Shown here one piece after another: positions 1 through 11,636 of a DNA stretch of 64,000 bases (within the stretch, counting starts at the first letter, position 1; each line of letters opens with the position of its first letter). Origin of the DNA: Squalus acanthias (taxonomy: Eukaryota); contig JASTWF010000351.1 in NCBI GenBank assembly GCA_030390025.1, forward strand, positions 186,001-250,000, in the 5' to 3' direction. Position numbers and translations under genes: made by a program. The notes under the pieces are model-generated. The model had not been told where the DNA came from, searched no databases, and saw nothing but the letters and a program-made list of their open reading frames with translations.

Positions 1-149
1 GAGTTCTCCAGAACCGTGTTGCTGGTGATCGAGAGATACATTGTGGCTCCCTCAGATACATCAGGATCCGGGCTCTGAGACATTCTGTTAAATATTCAGG
101 CCCGCAACTTGTACAATACAAGAGAATGTCAATTACATAATAATTCTCA

Positions 150-1335
150 CACTCACATTCATTACCAGTCTAAGAGATACAGAATCAATCCCACACTCAC
201 AAACAGTAGCAGAACCGACAACTACAGAATAAAGCCCACATTCACAAAGCAGAGACAGACAGGTACAAAGTAAAATCCACAATCACACCAGAAACTGACA
301 GGTACAGACAAAACACTACATCCATATACTGGAAACTGAGTGAGAGTAAAATCCACACACACATCCTAGAGAACGATAGCTATAGAGTAAAACCTACATT
401 CGCATACCAGGCTGACAGCTATAGATAAAATCAAAACTCAATTAAAAGAGATTGACAGATACAGGGTGAAATTCGCATTCACATCCCAGAGAGTGACAGG
501 TACAGGGTGAAACCCACACACAAGCATAGACGGGCAGATACAGACTAAAATCGACACTCCCATACCAGAAATAGGCAGCGACTGATTAAAACCTTACTCA
601 TATAACAGAAACTGACAGATACAGCATAAATCCCCACTCAGTACTAGAATCTGACATTTACAGAGATCACACGACACTCCCATACAAGAGTCTGAATGGT
701 ACAGAGTGAAACCCACACTCACACAGCAGAAGCTGAAAGATAAAGAATAAAATCCCAGAGAATGACAGGCACGGAGTAAAGCCCACACTCACACTCCAGA
801 CTCTGAACGATAAAAGGGACAACAAAACTCAGACACCAGAGAATAATAGAGACAGATGAATGCCATTACTCACAAACCAGTGACTTATAGATGCAGTCTA
901 AATTCCACACTCCCATCCCAGAAACTGACAGGTACTGAATAAAACCCTTACTCTTACAACAGAAATTGACAGGTACAGCATAAAACCCACACTCACATAC
1001 CAGAGACTGTCAGATACAGAGTGAAACTCACACTCACATACCTCGGACTGTCAGATACAGAGTGAGACTCACACTCACATACCTCGGACTGTCAGATACA
1101 GAGTGAAACTCACACTCACATACCACGGACTGTCAGATACAGAGTGAAACTCACACTCACATACCAGAGACTGTCAGATACAGAGTGAAATTCACATACC
1201 AGAAGATCACAGGTGCATAATAAATCCAACATTTGCATACCAGAAACTGAAGATAGTGAAATAAAACAACACCCACATTCAAGAGACTGACAGATACAGA
1301 ATAAAATCCACAATCACATCCAAGAGACTTTCAGC
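150..1335 (-). repeat. ~41-bp degenerate minisatellite array, AC-rich orientation (reverse complement of the arrays elsewhere in the window)
   Basis: Recurring CACACTCACATACCAGAGACTGACAG motif; near-perfect 41-bp period at ~1000-1190 (gtgaaac at 1021, gtgagac at 1062). Confidence 0.85.
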
Positions 1336-2030
1336 TATAAGAAAATATGAAATAGTTATAATGACCCTCAAGCTTGCTCCGAAATTCAATAAGATCATAT
1401 CTGAACTTCTACCACAACTCCAATTTCCCACCCTATCCCTATATCCCTTGATTCCCCTAGTGCCCAAACATCTATTATCTCAGTCTTGAATACACTCATC
1501 GACTGAGCATCCACAGCCCCATACAGTGGAGAATTCCAAAGATTCACAACTCTCTGAGTGGATACATTTCTCATCAACTCAGTCCTAATTGTCCGACGTC
1601 TTATGATGAGACTATGGCCCCTAGTTCTAGACTCTCCTGCCAGGGGAAACAGCCTCGCAGCATCTACCGCTGTCAAGCACTCTAAGAATTTGAAATGTTT
1701 CAATGTGATCACCTCTCATTCTTCTAAACTCCAGAGAATATATGGCCATTATAATCAATCTCTCCTCATAGGACAGCCTCGGAATCAATCTCGTGAACAT
1801 TTGATACAGCCCCTCTAAAGCATGTATATCCAACCTCAGATAAGGAGATCAAAATGTGCAAAGTACTCCAGTTATGGTATAACCAAAGGCCTATATAATT
1901 GCAGCAACACATACTTATACATTTACTGCAACCCCTTTGCAATAAAGGCTAACATACCTTTTACCATTCTAATTGTACCTGCATGATAACTTTCTGATAT
2001 TCGTGTAAAAGGGCACTCAAATCCCTCTGC
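1336..2030 (-). mobile_element. CR1-clade LINE 3' fragment (degenerate)
   Basis: Minus-strand ORF pieces RLFPLAGESRTRGHSL..QRVVNLWNS and YSLEFRRMRGD match the CR1 ORF2 C-terminus. Confidence 0.9.
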
Positions 2031-2097
2031 ATAGGGACAGCGGAAAACCCACACTCACATACCAGAGACTGTCAGGAATAGAGTAAAATCCTCAATC

Positions 2098-2534
2098 ATC
2101 TTGGGTTCATGTCACGCTACATGACGTAGAGTCATCCAGACTCGAGTCATCGTTGGCTTGTTCACAGATGTGATTTCCAGTAAAAAAAGTAAAAAGTTTA
2201 AAGTTTATGGTTTTCCATACAGACTGCAGCATTTGACACATTAGAACCCATGTGACCCCACCTCATTGTCTTAGTTGTATTTTGCTTTGTCTTTGATATA
2301 ATGTCTTCCTGACTGACCTGATTGTCTCTCTGCCGAGGTGTGATAAAAGGCAGTCAGAAAGATTAACTCTAGTCATCTGACATTGTACTCTGCACAGGCA
2401 TTGTTCTCTGTCTATATACGCTTTGCCGATTCATATTCCTTCATTTCACCTGACGAAGGAGCAGCAACTCCGAAAGCTTGTGATTTCAAATAAAACTGTT
2501 GGACTATAACCTGGTGTTGTGCGACTTCTCACTT
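2098..2534 (+). mobile_element. Penelope-like element 3' fragment (type A 3'UTR/pLTR)
   Basis: Near-identical to 8177-8613 (end of GIY-YIG ORF LGFMSRYMT*, 3'UTR, hammerhead motif, AATAAA, terminal GTTGTGCGACTTCTCA). Confidence 0.9.
2446..2483 (+). ncRNA. Minimal type-I hammerhead ribozyme motif (PLE pLTR, type A)
   Basis: TCAC-CTGACGA-A-GGAG-cagcaa-CTCC-GAAA-GCTT-GTGA: catalytic boxes CUGANGA and GAAA, stem II GGAG/CTCC, stem I TCAC/GTGA, palindromic AAGCTT in place of stem III. Confidence 0.8.
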
Positions 2535-3746
2535 GTGTGTGAATAGTTCTGTATCACTTAGTCTCTGGTGATTTATGTAAGTTAGGGAATCTTTCTCAAT
2601 CTCAGTCTCTGTTACAGTATGTGAGTGTGAGATCCATTTGTTTCCTGTCCGTCACTGATACCATGTGTCAGTGTGGGATTCCATCTGTATCCGTCAGACT
2701 CTGGTACCGTGTGTCAGTGTTGGGATTCATTCAGAATCTGTCATTCTCGGGTAGTGTACATGTGTGTGATATTAATTCTGTATCTGTCTGTCACTGGGAT
2801 GTGTGAGTCTGAGATTCATTCTGCATCTGTCATCCACTGGGACGGTGTGCGAGTCTGAGATTCATTCTTTATCTGTCAGTCTCTGGTACTGTATGTTAGT
2901 GTTGGATTAGTTCTGAAACAGTCTGTCTCTAGCACTGTCTTTCAGCGAAGGATTCTGCATGAATATGCTATACACTCGGTTTATGAAAGTGGGATTCGTA
3001 CTGCATCTATCAGTCTCTGGTACTTGATGTCAGTCAGAGATTCATTCCATTTCTGCTAGTATCTGGTACTGTATGTGAGTGTGGGACTGAATCTATCTGT
3101 AAATAAATTGTACTGCATGTGATTGTGTACTCATTCTGTATCTGCCAGGCCCACTGATGATCTGCGTTACTGTGATATCAGAGTGTGAGATTCATTCTGT
3201 GTATCTATCATCTCTGATACTGTATGTGAGTGTCAATTTAATTCTGTCTCTCACTATCTGGTACTGTATGTGAGTGTGAGATTCATTCTGTGTATCTGTC
3301 AGTCTCTGATACTGTATGTGAGCGTGAGATTTATTCTGCACCTGTCAGTCTCTGATAATCTGTGTCAGTGTGGATTGATTCTGTATTAGTCAGTGTCAAA
3401 TACACTTTGTGACAGTGATGTACAATCTGTGTCTGGCAGTCTCTGGTAATATGTTTGAGAGTGAGATTCATTCTGTATCAGTCAGTCTTTAATAATCTGT
3501 ATCTGATTGGGATTCATTTTGTCTCTATCATTTTGTGGTACTGTATATGAGCGTGGGATCCATTCTGTACCTGTTTGTCTCTGATTCTTTGAGTTAGTGT
3601 GCGATTCATTCTCTCTTTGTCAGTCTATGATTCTGTATGTGAGAATTAGATTAATTCAGTATCTGTCGGTCTCTGGTGTTGTATGGAAGTGTGGGATTAA
3701 TTCTGTATCTGTCAGTCTCTGGTACTGTGTGTGAGTGTGGGAGTCT

Positions 3747-4753
3747 TTCCGCAGGGGTCAGTATTAGGTCCCTTGCTTTTTGTGGTATATATCAACGATC
3801 TTGACTTGTATATATGGGTTATGATTAAGAAGTTTGCAGAATATACCAAAATCGGTGATGTGGTTGATACTGAAGAAGGAAGCTGTAGACTGCAGGAAGA
3901 TATCAAAAAATTGGTCAGGTGGGCAGAACAGTGGCAAATGGAATTCAATCCGGAGAAGTGTGAGTGAAGCATTTGGGGAGGTCTAACAAGGAAAGGGAAT
4001 ACACGTTAAATGTTAGAACACTGAGTAGTGTAGAGGATCAAAGGGACCTTGGAGTGCATGTCCACAGATCCCTGAAGGTAGCAGGCCAGGTAGATAAGGT
4101 GGTTAAGAAGGCATACGGAATGCTTGCCTTTTTAGCCGTGGCATAGAATACAAGAGCAGGGGGGTTATGCTTCAACAGTATAAAACACTAGTTAGGCCTC
4201 AGCTAGAGTACTGTGTGCAGTTCTGGTCACCACATTACAGGAAATATGTGATTGCACTAGAGAGGGTACAGAGGAGATTTACAAGGATGTTGCCGGGTGC
4301 AGAGAATCTTAGCTAAGAGCAAAGACTGGATAGGCTGGGTCTGTTTTCCTTGGAACAGAGGAGGCTGAGGGGAGACTTTAGTGAGGTGTATAAAATTATG
4401 AGGGACAAAGATAAAGTGGATAGAAAGGACCTATTTCCCTTAGCAGCAGGGTCAAAATCCAGGGGGCATAGATTTAAAGTAATTGGGGGAAGGTTTAGAG
4501 TGCATTTGAGGGGAAATTTCATCACCCAGAGGGTTGTGGGGGTCAGGAACACACTACCTGAAAGGATGGTAGAGGCAGTAACCCTAACCACATTTAAAAA
4601 GTACATGGATGTGCACTTGGGATGCTCTAACCTGCAGGGCTACGGACCAAGACTGGGAAGTGGGATTAGGCTGAATAGCTCTTTGTTGACCGGCGCAGAT
4701 ACGATGGGCCGAAATGTCCTTCTTCCGTGCTGTAACTTTCTATGTTTCTATGT
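3747..4753 (+). mobile_element. CR1 LINE 3' fragment (RT C-terminal half, frameshifted)
   Basis: [32 protein letters not shown]; 3' tail ending TTTCTATGTTTCTATGT. Confidence 0.92.
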
Positions 4754-6046
4754 ATGTGTCATTCTCTGATACTGTATGTATGAGTGAGATTTACGCTTTA
4801 TATGTTAGTCTCTTGTGGTCTGTCTTGGAATTAAATTAATTCTGTGTCTGTCAGTCTCTTGTACTTTGTGTGAGAGTGAGAATCATTCTGTATATCTCTC
4901 TCTGATACTCTTGTCATTGTGTGATTGATTCTGTATTTGTCAGTGTCTAGTACTGTATGTGACAGTAAGGTACATTCTCTGTCAGTCTCTGTGAGATTGA
5001 GATACATTCTAAAGCAGTCAGTCTTTAATAATCGGTGTCAGTGATGGATTCATTGTGTCTCTATCATTTTCTGCTACTGCATGTGTGTGTGGGATTCATT
5101 CTGTGTCTGTCACCCTCCGATACTCTGTGTCAGTGTGTGATTCAACCTGTACCTGTCAGTCTCTGGTAGGTGAATGTGGGTTTTACTCTGTACCTGTCAG
5201 TCTCTGATACGGGAATTTTAGGTTTTCTCTACACGTCAGTTTCTGATATGTGAGTGTGGGTTTTATTCTGCATCTTTCAATTTCTGTTCTGTGAGAATGG
5301 GTTTTATTCTGTTTCTGTCAGTCTTTGGTTTTTGAATGTGGGTTTTAGTCTGTGTCTGTCTGTCTATGCTATTTGAATGCATTTTTTATTCTCTATCTAT
5401 CAGTGTGTGAAGTGTGAATGTGGTTTTATGCTATAAATGGCTGTTTCTGATTTGTGATTGTGAGATTTACTCTGCATCAATCAGTCTCTGGTTTGTGAAT
5501 GTGGGTTCTATTCTGTACCCATTGATCTCTGGTATGCTATCACTGGTTTTATTCAGCACCAGTCAGTTTCTGATACATGAGTGTGGGTTTTCCTTTCTAC
5601 CTGTCAATTTCTGCTATGGAAGAAAGGGTTCACTCTGAATCTGTATGTTTCTTGTTTGTGAGTGTGAGTTTGTGTCTTTATCTGTCAGTCTCCCCTATGT
5701 GAGTATTTTTTTCACTATCTTCTTTTTCTGCTATGCAAAGGTGTGTTTTATTATGTACCTGTCAGCTTCTGGTATGTGAGTGTGGGTTTCTTCTGTATCA
5801 GTCCGTCACAGGTGAGTGAGTGTGAGATTATTCTGTCTGTCAGTTTCTGGTATCTGAGTGTGCGTTTTACTTTGTACCTGTCAGTGTCTGGTAAGTGAGG
5901 ATCGGCTTCATTCTGTACATTTTGTTTTCTTGCATGTGCGAGTGGGTTGTATTATGTACTTTTTAGTTTATTTTGTATGTGTGAGGATTTGAATCAACAC
6001 CTGCTATTTTCTGTGATGTGAGTGTGAGGTTTACTCTGTATGTGTT

Positions 6047-6196
6047 CGCTCCTTCGTCAGGTAAGTTAGCTAACTTACCTGACGAAGGAGTGAACTGCTT
6101 CGAAAGCTTGTAAAATTAAATAAATCTGTTGGACTATAACCTGGTGTTGTGCGACTTCTCATTTTTGTCCACCCCAGTCCAACGCCGGCATCTCCA
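6047..6196 (+). mobile_element. 150-bp solo PLE terminus (type B pLTR) with 5' fold-back, flanked by 11-bp TSD
   Basis: CTGTATGTGTT at 6036-6046 and 6197-6207; palindrome 6044-6095 centred at 6069/6070; sequence matches 11592-11687 plus the tail. Confidence 0.88.
6075..6113 (+). ncRNA. Minimal hammerhead ribozyme motif (type B)
   Basis: TTAC-CTGACGA-A-GGAGTGAACTGCTTC-GAAA-GCTT-GTAA; stem I TTAC/GTAA. Confidence 0.78.
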
Positions 6197-7507
6197 CTGT
6201 ATGTGTTAGTCTCTGGTATGTGATTGTCAGACTTGCTCTGAATCTCTCTGTCTTTCGTGTGTGAGTGTGGGTTTTACTCTGTATCTGTCTGTCTCATAGA
6301 GTCATAGAGTCATAAAGTTATACAGCACAGAAAGTGGCCCTTCGGCCCATCGTGTCCGCGCTGGCCATCAAGCCCTGTCTATTCTAACCCCATTTTCCAG
6401 CACTTGGTCTGTAGCTTTGTATGCTATGGCGTTTCAAGTGCTCATCTAAATGCTTCTTGAATGTTGTGAGGGTTCCTGCCTCCACCACCCTTTCAGGCAG
6501 TGAGTTCCAGATTCCAACCACCCTCTTGGTGAAAAAGTTTTTCCTCAAATCCCCTCTAATCCTGGCCCTTACCTTGAATCTATACCCCCTGGTTATTGAC
6601 CCCTCTACTAAGGGGAAAAGTTCCTTTCTATCTACCCTATCTATGTCCCTCATAATTTTGTACACCTCAATCAGGTCCCCCCTCAGCCTTCTCTGCTCTA
6701 AGAAAAAAAAAACCCAATCTGTCCAGTCTCTCTTCATAGCTGAAGCGCTCCAGCTCAGGTAACATCCTGGTGAATCTCCTCTGCACCCTCTCCAATGGAT
6801 TCACATCCTTCCTATAGTGTGGCGACCAGAACTGCACACAGTATTCCAGCTGTGGCCTAACTAGCATTTTCTCCAGCTCGATCAGAACCTCCCTGCTCTT
6901 ATATTCTATATCCTGGACACACGAAACTCCTTCAAAGACGGACACCTCAGCACTTCACTCTACTGCAAGCCCACGGACAACCTCACGATGCTCCACTTCT
7001 TCAGCTTCCACCCTAACCACGTTAAAGAAGCCATCCCCTATGGACAAGCCCTGCGAATACACAGGATCTGCTCAGACGAGGAGGAATACGATGCACACCT
7101 ACGGACGCTGAAAGACGCCCTTGTAAGAATGGGATATGATGCTCGACTCATCGATCGACAGTTCCGACGGGCCACAGCGAAAAATTGCATAGACCTCCTC
7201 AGAAGGCGAACACGGGACACAACCAATAGGGTACCCTACTTCGTCCAGTACTTCCCTGGAGTGGAGAAACTACGCCATGTTCTTCGCAGCCTTCAACATG
7301 TCATTGATGACGACGAACACCTCGCTAAGGCCAACCCCACGCCTCCACTACTCGCCTTCAAACAGCTGCCTAACCTCAAAAGTACCATCGTTCGCAGCAA
7401 ATTACCCAGCTTTCAGGAGAACAGCGACCACGACACCACACAACCCTGCCACGGCAACCTCTGCAAGACATGCCAGATTATCAACACAGATACCATCATC
7501 ACACGTG

Positions 7508-7846
7508 TTTGCACATTCTCCCCGTGTCTGCGTGGGTTTCCTCTGGGTGCTCCGGTTTCCTCCCACAGTCCAAAAATGTGTGGGTTAGGTTGATTTGGCT
7601 ATGATAAATTGACCCTTAGTGTTAGGGGGGGATTAAATATGTGGGGTTATGAGGATAGGATGGGATATGTTAGGGGGAATTAAATACGTGGGGTTACAGG
7701 GGTACGGTGGGATATGTGTACTGTGGGGATTAAAGCAGGGACAGGGTACTGGATTTGGATGATCAGCCATGATCGTATTGAATGGTGGAGCAGGCTCGAC
7801 GGGCCGAATGGCCTACTCCTGCTCCTAGATTCTATGTTTCTATGTT
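7508..7846 (+). mobile_element. 5'-truncated SINE (HE1/V-SINE-type core with CR1-derived 3' tail) inserted in PLE copy 1
   Basis: TTTGCACATTCTCCCCGTGTCTGCGTGGGTTTCCTCTGGGTGCTCCGGTTTCCTCCCACAGTCC core; CR1-like tail ending TTCTATGTTTCTATGT; interrupts ACACGTG|AGGACAC, which is uninterrupted at 11012-11025. Confidence 0.85.
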
Positions 7847-8525
7847 AGGACACTACCCACCAGGTACATGGTACATACTCATGTGACTTGGCCAACGTTG
7901 TCTACCTCATATGTTGCAGGAAAGGATGCCCCAGAGCATGGTACATCGGCGAGACCATGCAGACACTGAGACAACGTATGAATGGACACCGCACAACAAT
8001 CGCCAGGCAGGATTGTTACCTCCCAGTCGGGGAACACTTCAGCAGTCAAAGACATTCAGCCTCGGATCTGCGGGTAAGCGTTCTCCAAGGCGGCCTTCAA
8101 GACACACGACAACGCAAAATCATCGAGCAGAAACTGACAGCCAAGTTCTGCATCCATGAGGACGGCCTCAAACGGGATCTTGGGTTCATGTCACGCTACA
8201 TGACGTAGAGTCATCCAGACTCGAGTCATCGTTGGCTTGTTCACAGATGTGATTTCCAGTAAAAAAAAGTAAAAATTTTAAAGTTTATGGTTTTCCATAC
8301 AGACTGCAGCATTTGACACATTAGACCCCCTGTGACCCCACCTCATTTTCTTAGTTATATTCTGCTATGTCTTTGATATAATGTCTTCCTGACTGACTTG
8401 ATTGTCTCTCTGCCGAGGTGTGATAAAAGGCAGTCAGAAAGATTAACTGTAGTCGTCTGACATTGTACGCTACACAGGCATTGTTCTCTGTCTATATATG
8501 CTTTGCCGATTCGTATTCCTTAACT

Positions 8526-8563
8526 TCACCTGACGAGGGGGCAGCAGCTCCGAAAGCTTCTGA
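8526..8563 (+). ncRNA. Hammerhead motif, degenerate (type A)
   Basis: TCAC-CTGACGA-G-GGGGC-AGCA-GCTCC-GAAA-GCTT-CTGA; stem I first pair broken. Confidence 0.65.
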
Positions 8564-8731
8564 TTTCAAATAAAACTGTTGGACTATAACCTGGTGTTGT
8601 GCGACTTCTCACTTATATTCTATGCCTCGGCTAATGAAGGTCATGATGTGGAGATGCCGGCGTTGGACTGGGGTGGACAAAAATGAGAAGTTGCACAACA
8701 CCAGGTTATAGTCCAACAGATTTATTTAATT

Positions 8732-8770
8732 TTACAAGCTTTCGAAGCAGTTCGCTCCTTCGTCAGGTAA
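8732..8770 (-). ncRNA. Minimal hammerhead ribozyme motif (type B)
   Basis: Reverse complement reads TTAC-CTGACGA-A-GGAGC-GAACT-GCTTC-GAAA-GCTT-GTAA. Confidence 0.8.
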
Positions 8771-9350
8771 GTTAGCAATGAGAGAATCTCCCAGAATTCA
8801 CAATTTAAACCCAGACAAAATCTATTCACATTATTCCCTACAACAAAGAGCACAGCCAAGACAATGAGATGTGTCCCAGGGGGTCCAACGTGTCAAACCA
8901 CCTGCTGGCTGCATATCCTGTCAATTTGTGTTCTTGTGTTAGTCTTTTTAAAAAAAAAACACCTGGGAAGACCGGCCATGATGTCAAGTCACGTTCTGTA
9001 TCGTGACATGAACCCGATATTGCGATTGAAGCCATCCTCATGAGTGCGGAACTTGGCTATCAGTTTCTGCTCTATGATTTTGCGCTGTCGTGTATCTCGA
9101 AGGCCGCCTTGGAGAACGCTTACCCGCAGATCCGAGGCTGAATGCCCCTGGCTGCTGAAGTGTTCCCCGACTGGGAGGCAACCCTCCTGCCTGGCGATTG
9201 TTGCGCGGTGTCCGTTCATACGTTGTCTCAGTGTCTGCATGGTCTCGCCGATGTACCATGCTCTGGGGCATCCTTTCCTGCAACGTATGAGGTAGACAAC
9301 GTTGGCCAAGTCACATGAGTATGTACCATGTACCTGGTGGGTAGTGTCCT

Positions 9351-9689
9351 AACATAGAAACATAGAATCTAGGAGCAGGAGTAGGCCATTCGGCCCGTCG
9401 AGCCTGCTCCACCATTCAATACGATCATGGCTGATCATCCAAATCCAGTACCCTGTCCCTGCTTTAATCCCCACAGTACACATATCCCACCGTACCCCTG
9501 TAACCCCACGTATTTAATTCCCCCTAACATATCCCATCCTATCCTCATAACCCCACATATTTAATCCCCCCCTAACACTAAGGGTCAATTTATCATAGCC
9601 AAATCAACCTAACCCACACATTTTTGGACTGTGGGAGGAAACCGGAGCACCCAGAGGAAACCCACGCAGACACGGGGAGAATGTGCAAA
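9351..9689 (-). mobile_element. Second copy of the same 339-bp SINE, at the same PLE position
   Basis: Reverse complement of 7508-7846 with identical junctions. Confidence 0.88.
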
Positions 9690-11597
9690 CACGTGTGATG
9701 ATGGTATCTGTGTTGATAATCTGGCATGTCTTGCAGAGGTTGCCGTGGCAGGGTTGTGTGGTGTCGTGGTCGCTGTTCTCCTGAAAGCTGGGTAATTTGC
9801 TGCGAACGATGGTACTTTTGAGGTTAGGCAGCTGTTTGAAGGCGAATAGTGGAGGCGTGGGGATGGCCTTAGCGAGGTGTTCGTCGTCATCAATGACATG
9901 TTGAAGGCTGCGAAGAACATGGCGTAGTTTCTCCACTCCAGGGAAGTACTGGACGAAGTAGGGTACCCTATTGGTTGTGTCCCGTGTTCGCCTTCTGAGG
10001 AGGTCTATGCAATTTTTCGCTGTGGCCCGTCGGAACTGTCGATCGATGAGTCGAGCATCATATCCCATTCTTACAAGGGCGTCTTTCAGCGTCCGTAGGT
10101 GTGCATCGCATTCCTCCTCGTCTGAGCAGATCCTGTGTATTCGCAGGGCTTGTCCATAGGGGATGGCTTCTTTAACGTGGTTAGGGTGGAAGCTGGAGAA
10201 GTGGAGCATCGTGAGGTTGTCCGTGGGCTTGCGGTAGAGTGAAGTGCTGAGGCGTCCGTCTTTGATGGAGATTCGTGTGTCCAAGAATGAAACCGATTCT
10301 GAGGAGTAGTCCATGGTGAGTTTGATGGTGGGATGGAACCTGTTGATGCTACACGATAGCATCAACAGGTTCCATCCCACCATCAAACTCACCATGGACT
10401 ACTCCTCAGAATCGGTTTCATTCTTGGACACACGAATCTCCATCAAAGACGGACGCCTCAGCACTTCACTCTACCGCAAGCCCACGGACAACCTCACGAT
10501 GCTCCACTTCTCCAGCTTCCACCCTAACCACGTTAAAGAAGCCATCCCCTATGGACAAGCCCTGCGAATACACAGGATCTGCTCAGACGAGGAGGAACGC
10601 GATGGACACCTACGGACACTGAAAGACGCCCTCGTAAGAACGGGATATGACGCTCGACTCGTCGATCGACAGTTCTGACGGGCCACAGCAAAAAACCGCA
10701 TAGACCTCCTCAGAAGTCGAACACGGGACACAACCAACAGAGTACCCTACGTCGTCCAGTACTTCCCCGGAGCGGAAAAACTATGCCATGTTCTTCGCAG
10801 CCTTCAACATGTCATCGATGATGACGAACACCTTGCTAAGGCCATCCCCACGCCTCCACTACTCGCCTTCAAGCAGCCGCCTAACCTCAAAAGTACCATC
10901 GTTCGCAGCAGATTACCCATCTTTCAGGAGAACAGCAACCAAGACACCACACAACCCTGCCACGGCAACCTCTGCAAGACATGCCAAATCATGGACACAG
11001 ATACCATCATTACACGTGAGGACACTACCCACCAGGTACACGGTACATACTCATGTGACTCGGCCAACGTTGTCTACCTGATACGTTGCAGTAAAGGATG
11101 CTCCAGAGCATGGTACATCGGCGAGACCATGCAGACACTGAGACAACGTATGAACGGACACCGCGCAACAATCGCCAGGCAGGAGGGTTGCCTCCCAGTC
11201 AGGGAACACTTCAGCAGCCAGGGGCATTCAGCCTCGGATCTGCGGGTAAGCGTTCTCCAAGGCGGCCTTCGAGATACACGACAGCGCAAAATCATAGAGC
11301 AGAAACTGATAGCCAAGTTCCGCACTCATGAGGATGGCCTCAATCGCAATATCGGGTTCATGTCACGATACAGAACGTGACTTGACATCATGGCCGGTCT
11401 TCCCAGGTATTTTTTTTTAAAAAGACTAACACAAGAACACAAATTGACAGGATATGCAGCCAGCAGGTGGTTTGACACGTTGGACCCCCTGGGACACATC
11501 TCATTGTCTTGGCTGTGCTCTTTGTTGTAGGGAATAATGTGAATAGATTTTGTCTGGGTTTAAATTGTGAATTCTGGGAGATTCTCTCATTGCTAAC

Positions 11598-11636
11598 TTA
11601 CCTGACGAAGGAGCGAACTGCTTCGAAAACTTGTAA
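11598..11636 (+). ncRNA. Hammerhead motif (type B) with G>A change in the AAGCTT palindrome
   Basis: TTAC-CTGACGA-A-GGAGC-GAACT-GCTTC-GAAA-ACTT-GTAA. Confidence 0.7.

Larger units (their letters stand above)
2535..6295 (+). repeat. Minisatellite array (~46-bp variant grading to ~41-bp variant), interrupted by CR1 and mini-PLE insertions
   Basis: Repeating CTGTATCTGTCAGTCTCTGGTACTGTATGTGAGTGTGAGATTCATT, then CTGTACCTGTCAGTTTCTGGTATGTGAGTGTGGGTTTTATT; paralogous to 48550-48898, 57121-57258 and 58600-59630. Confidence 0.85.
6910..8611 (+). mobile_element. 5'-truncated Penelope-like element, Neptune-type (copy 1, type A 3'UTR), with SINE insertion and 12-bp TSD
   Basis: RT C-terminal/thumb region (AIPYGQALRIHRICS), Cys-rich linker PCHGNLCKTC, GIY-YIG endonuclease (NVVYLICC..WYIGET..HF); TSD CTTATATTCTAT at 6898-6909 and 8612-8623. 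Confidence 0.92.

Noticed and set aside
8764..8772. Perfect splice donor CAGGTAAGT (U1-like ACTTACCTG) overlapping the type B hammerhead
   Set aside because: Antisense to the element and explained by stem I plus CTGA; not conserved in type A.
10313..10395. ORFs on both strands starting MVSLMVGWNLLML
   Set aside because: An artefact of reading through the palindrome centre; not a real N-terminus.
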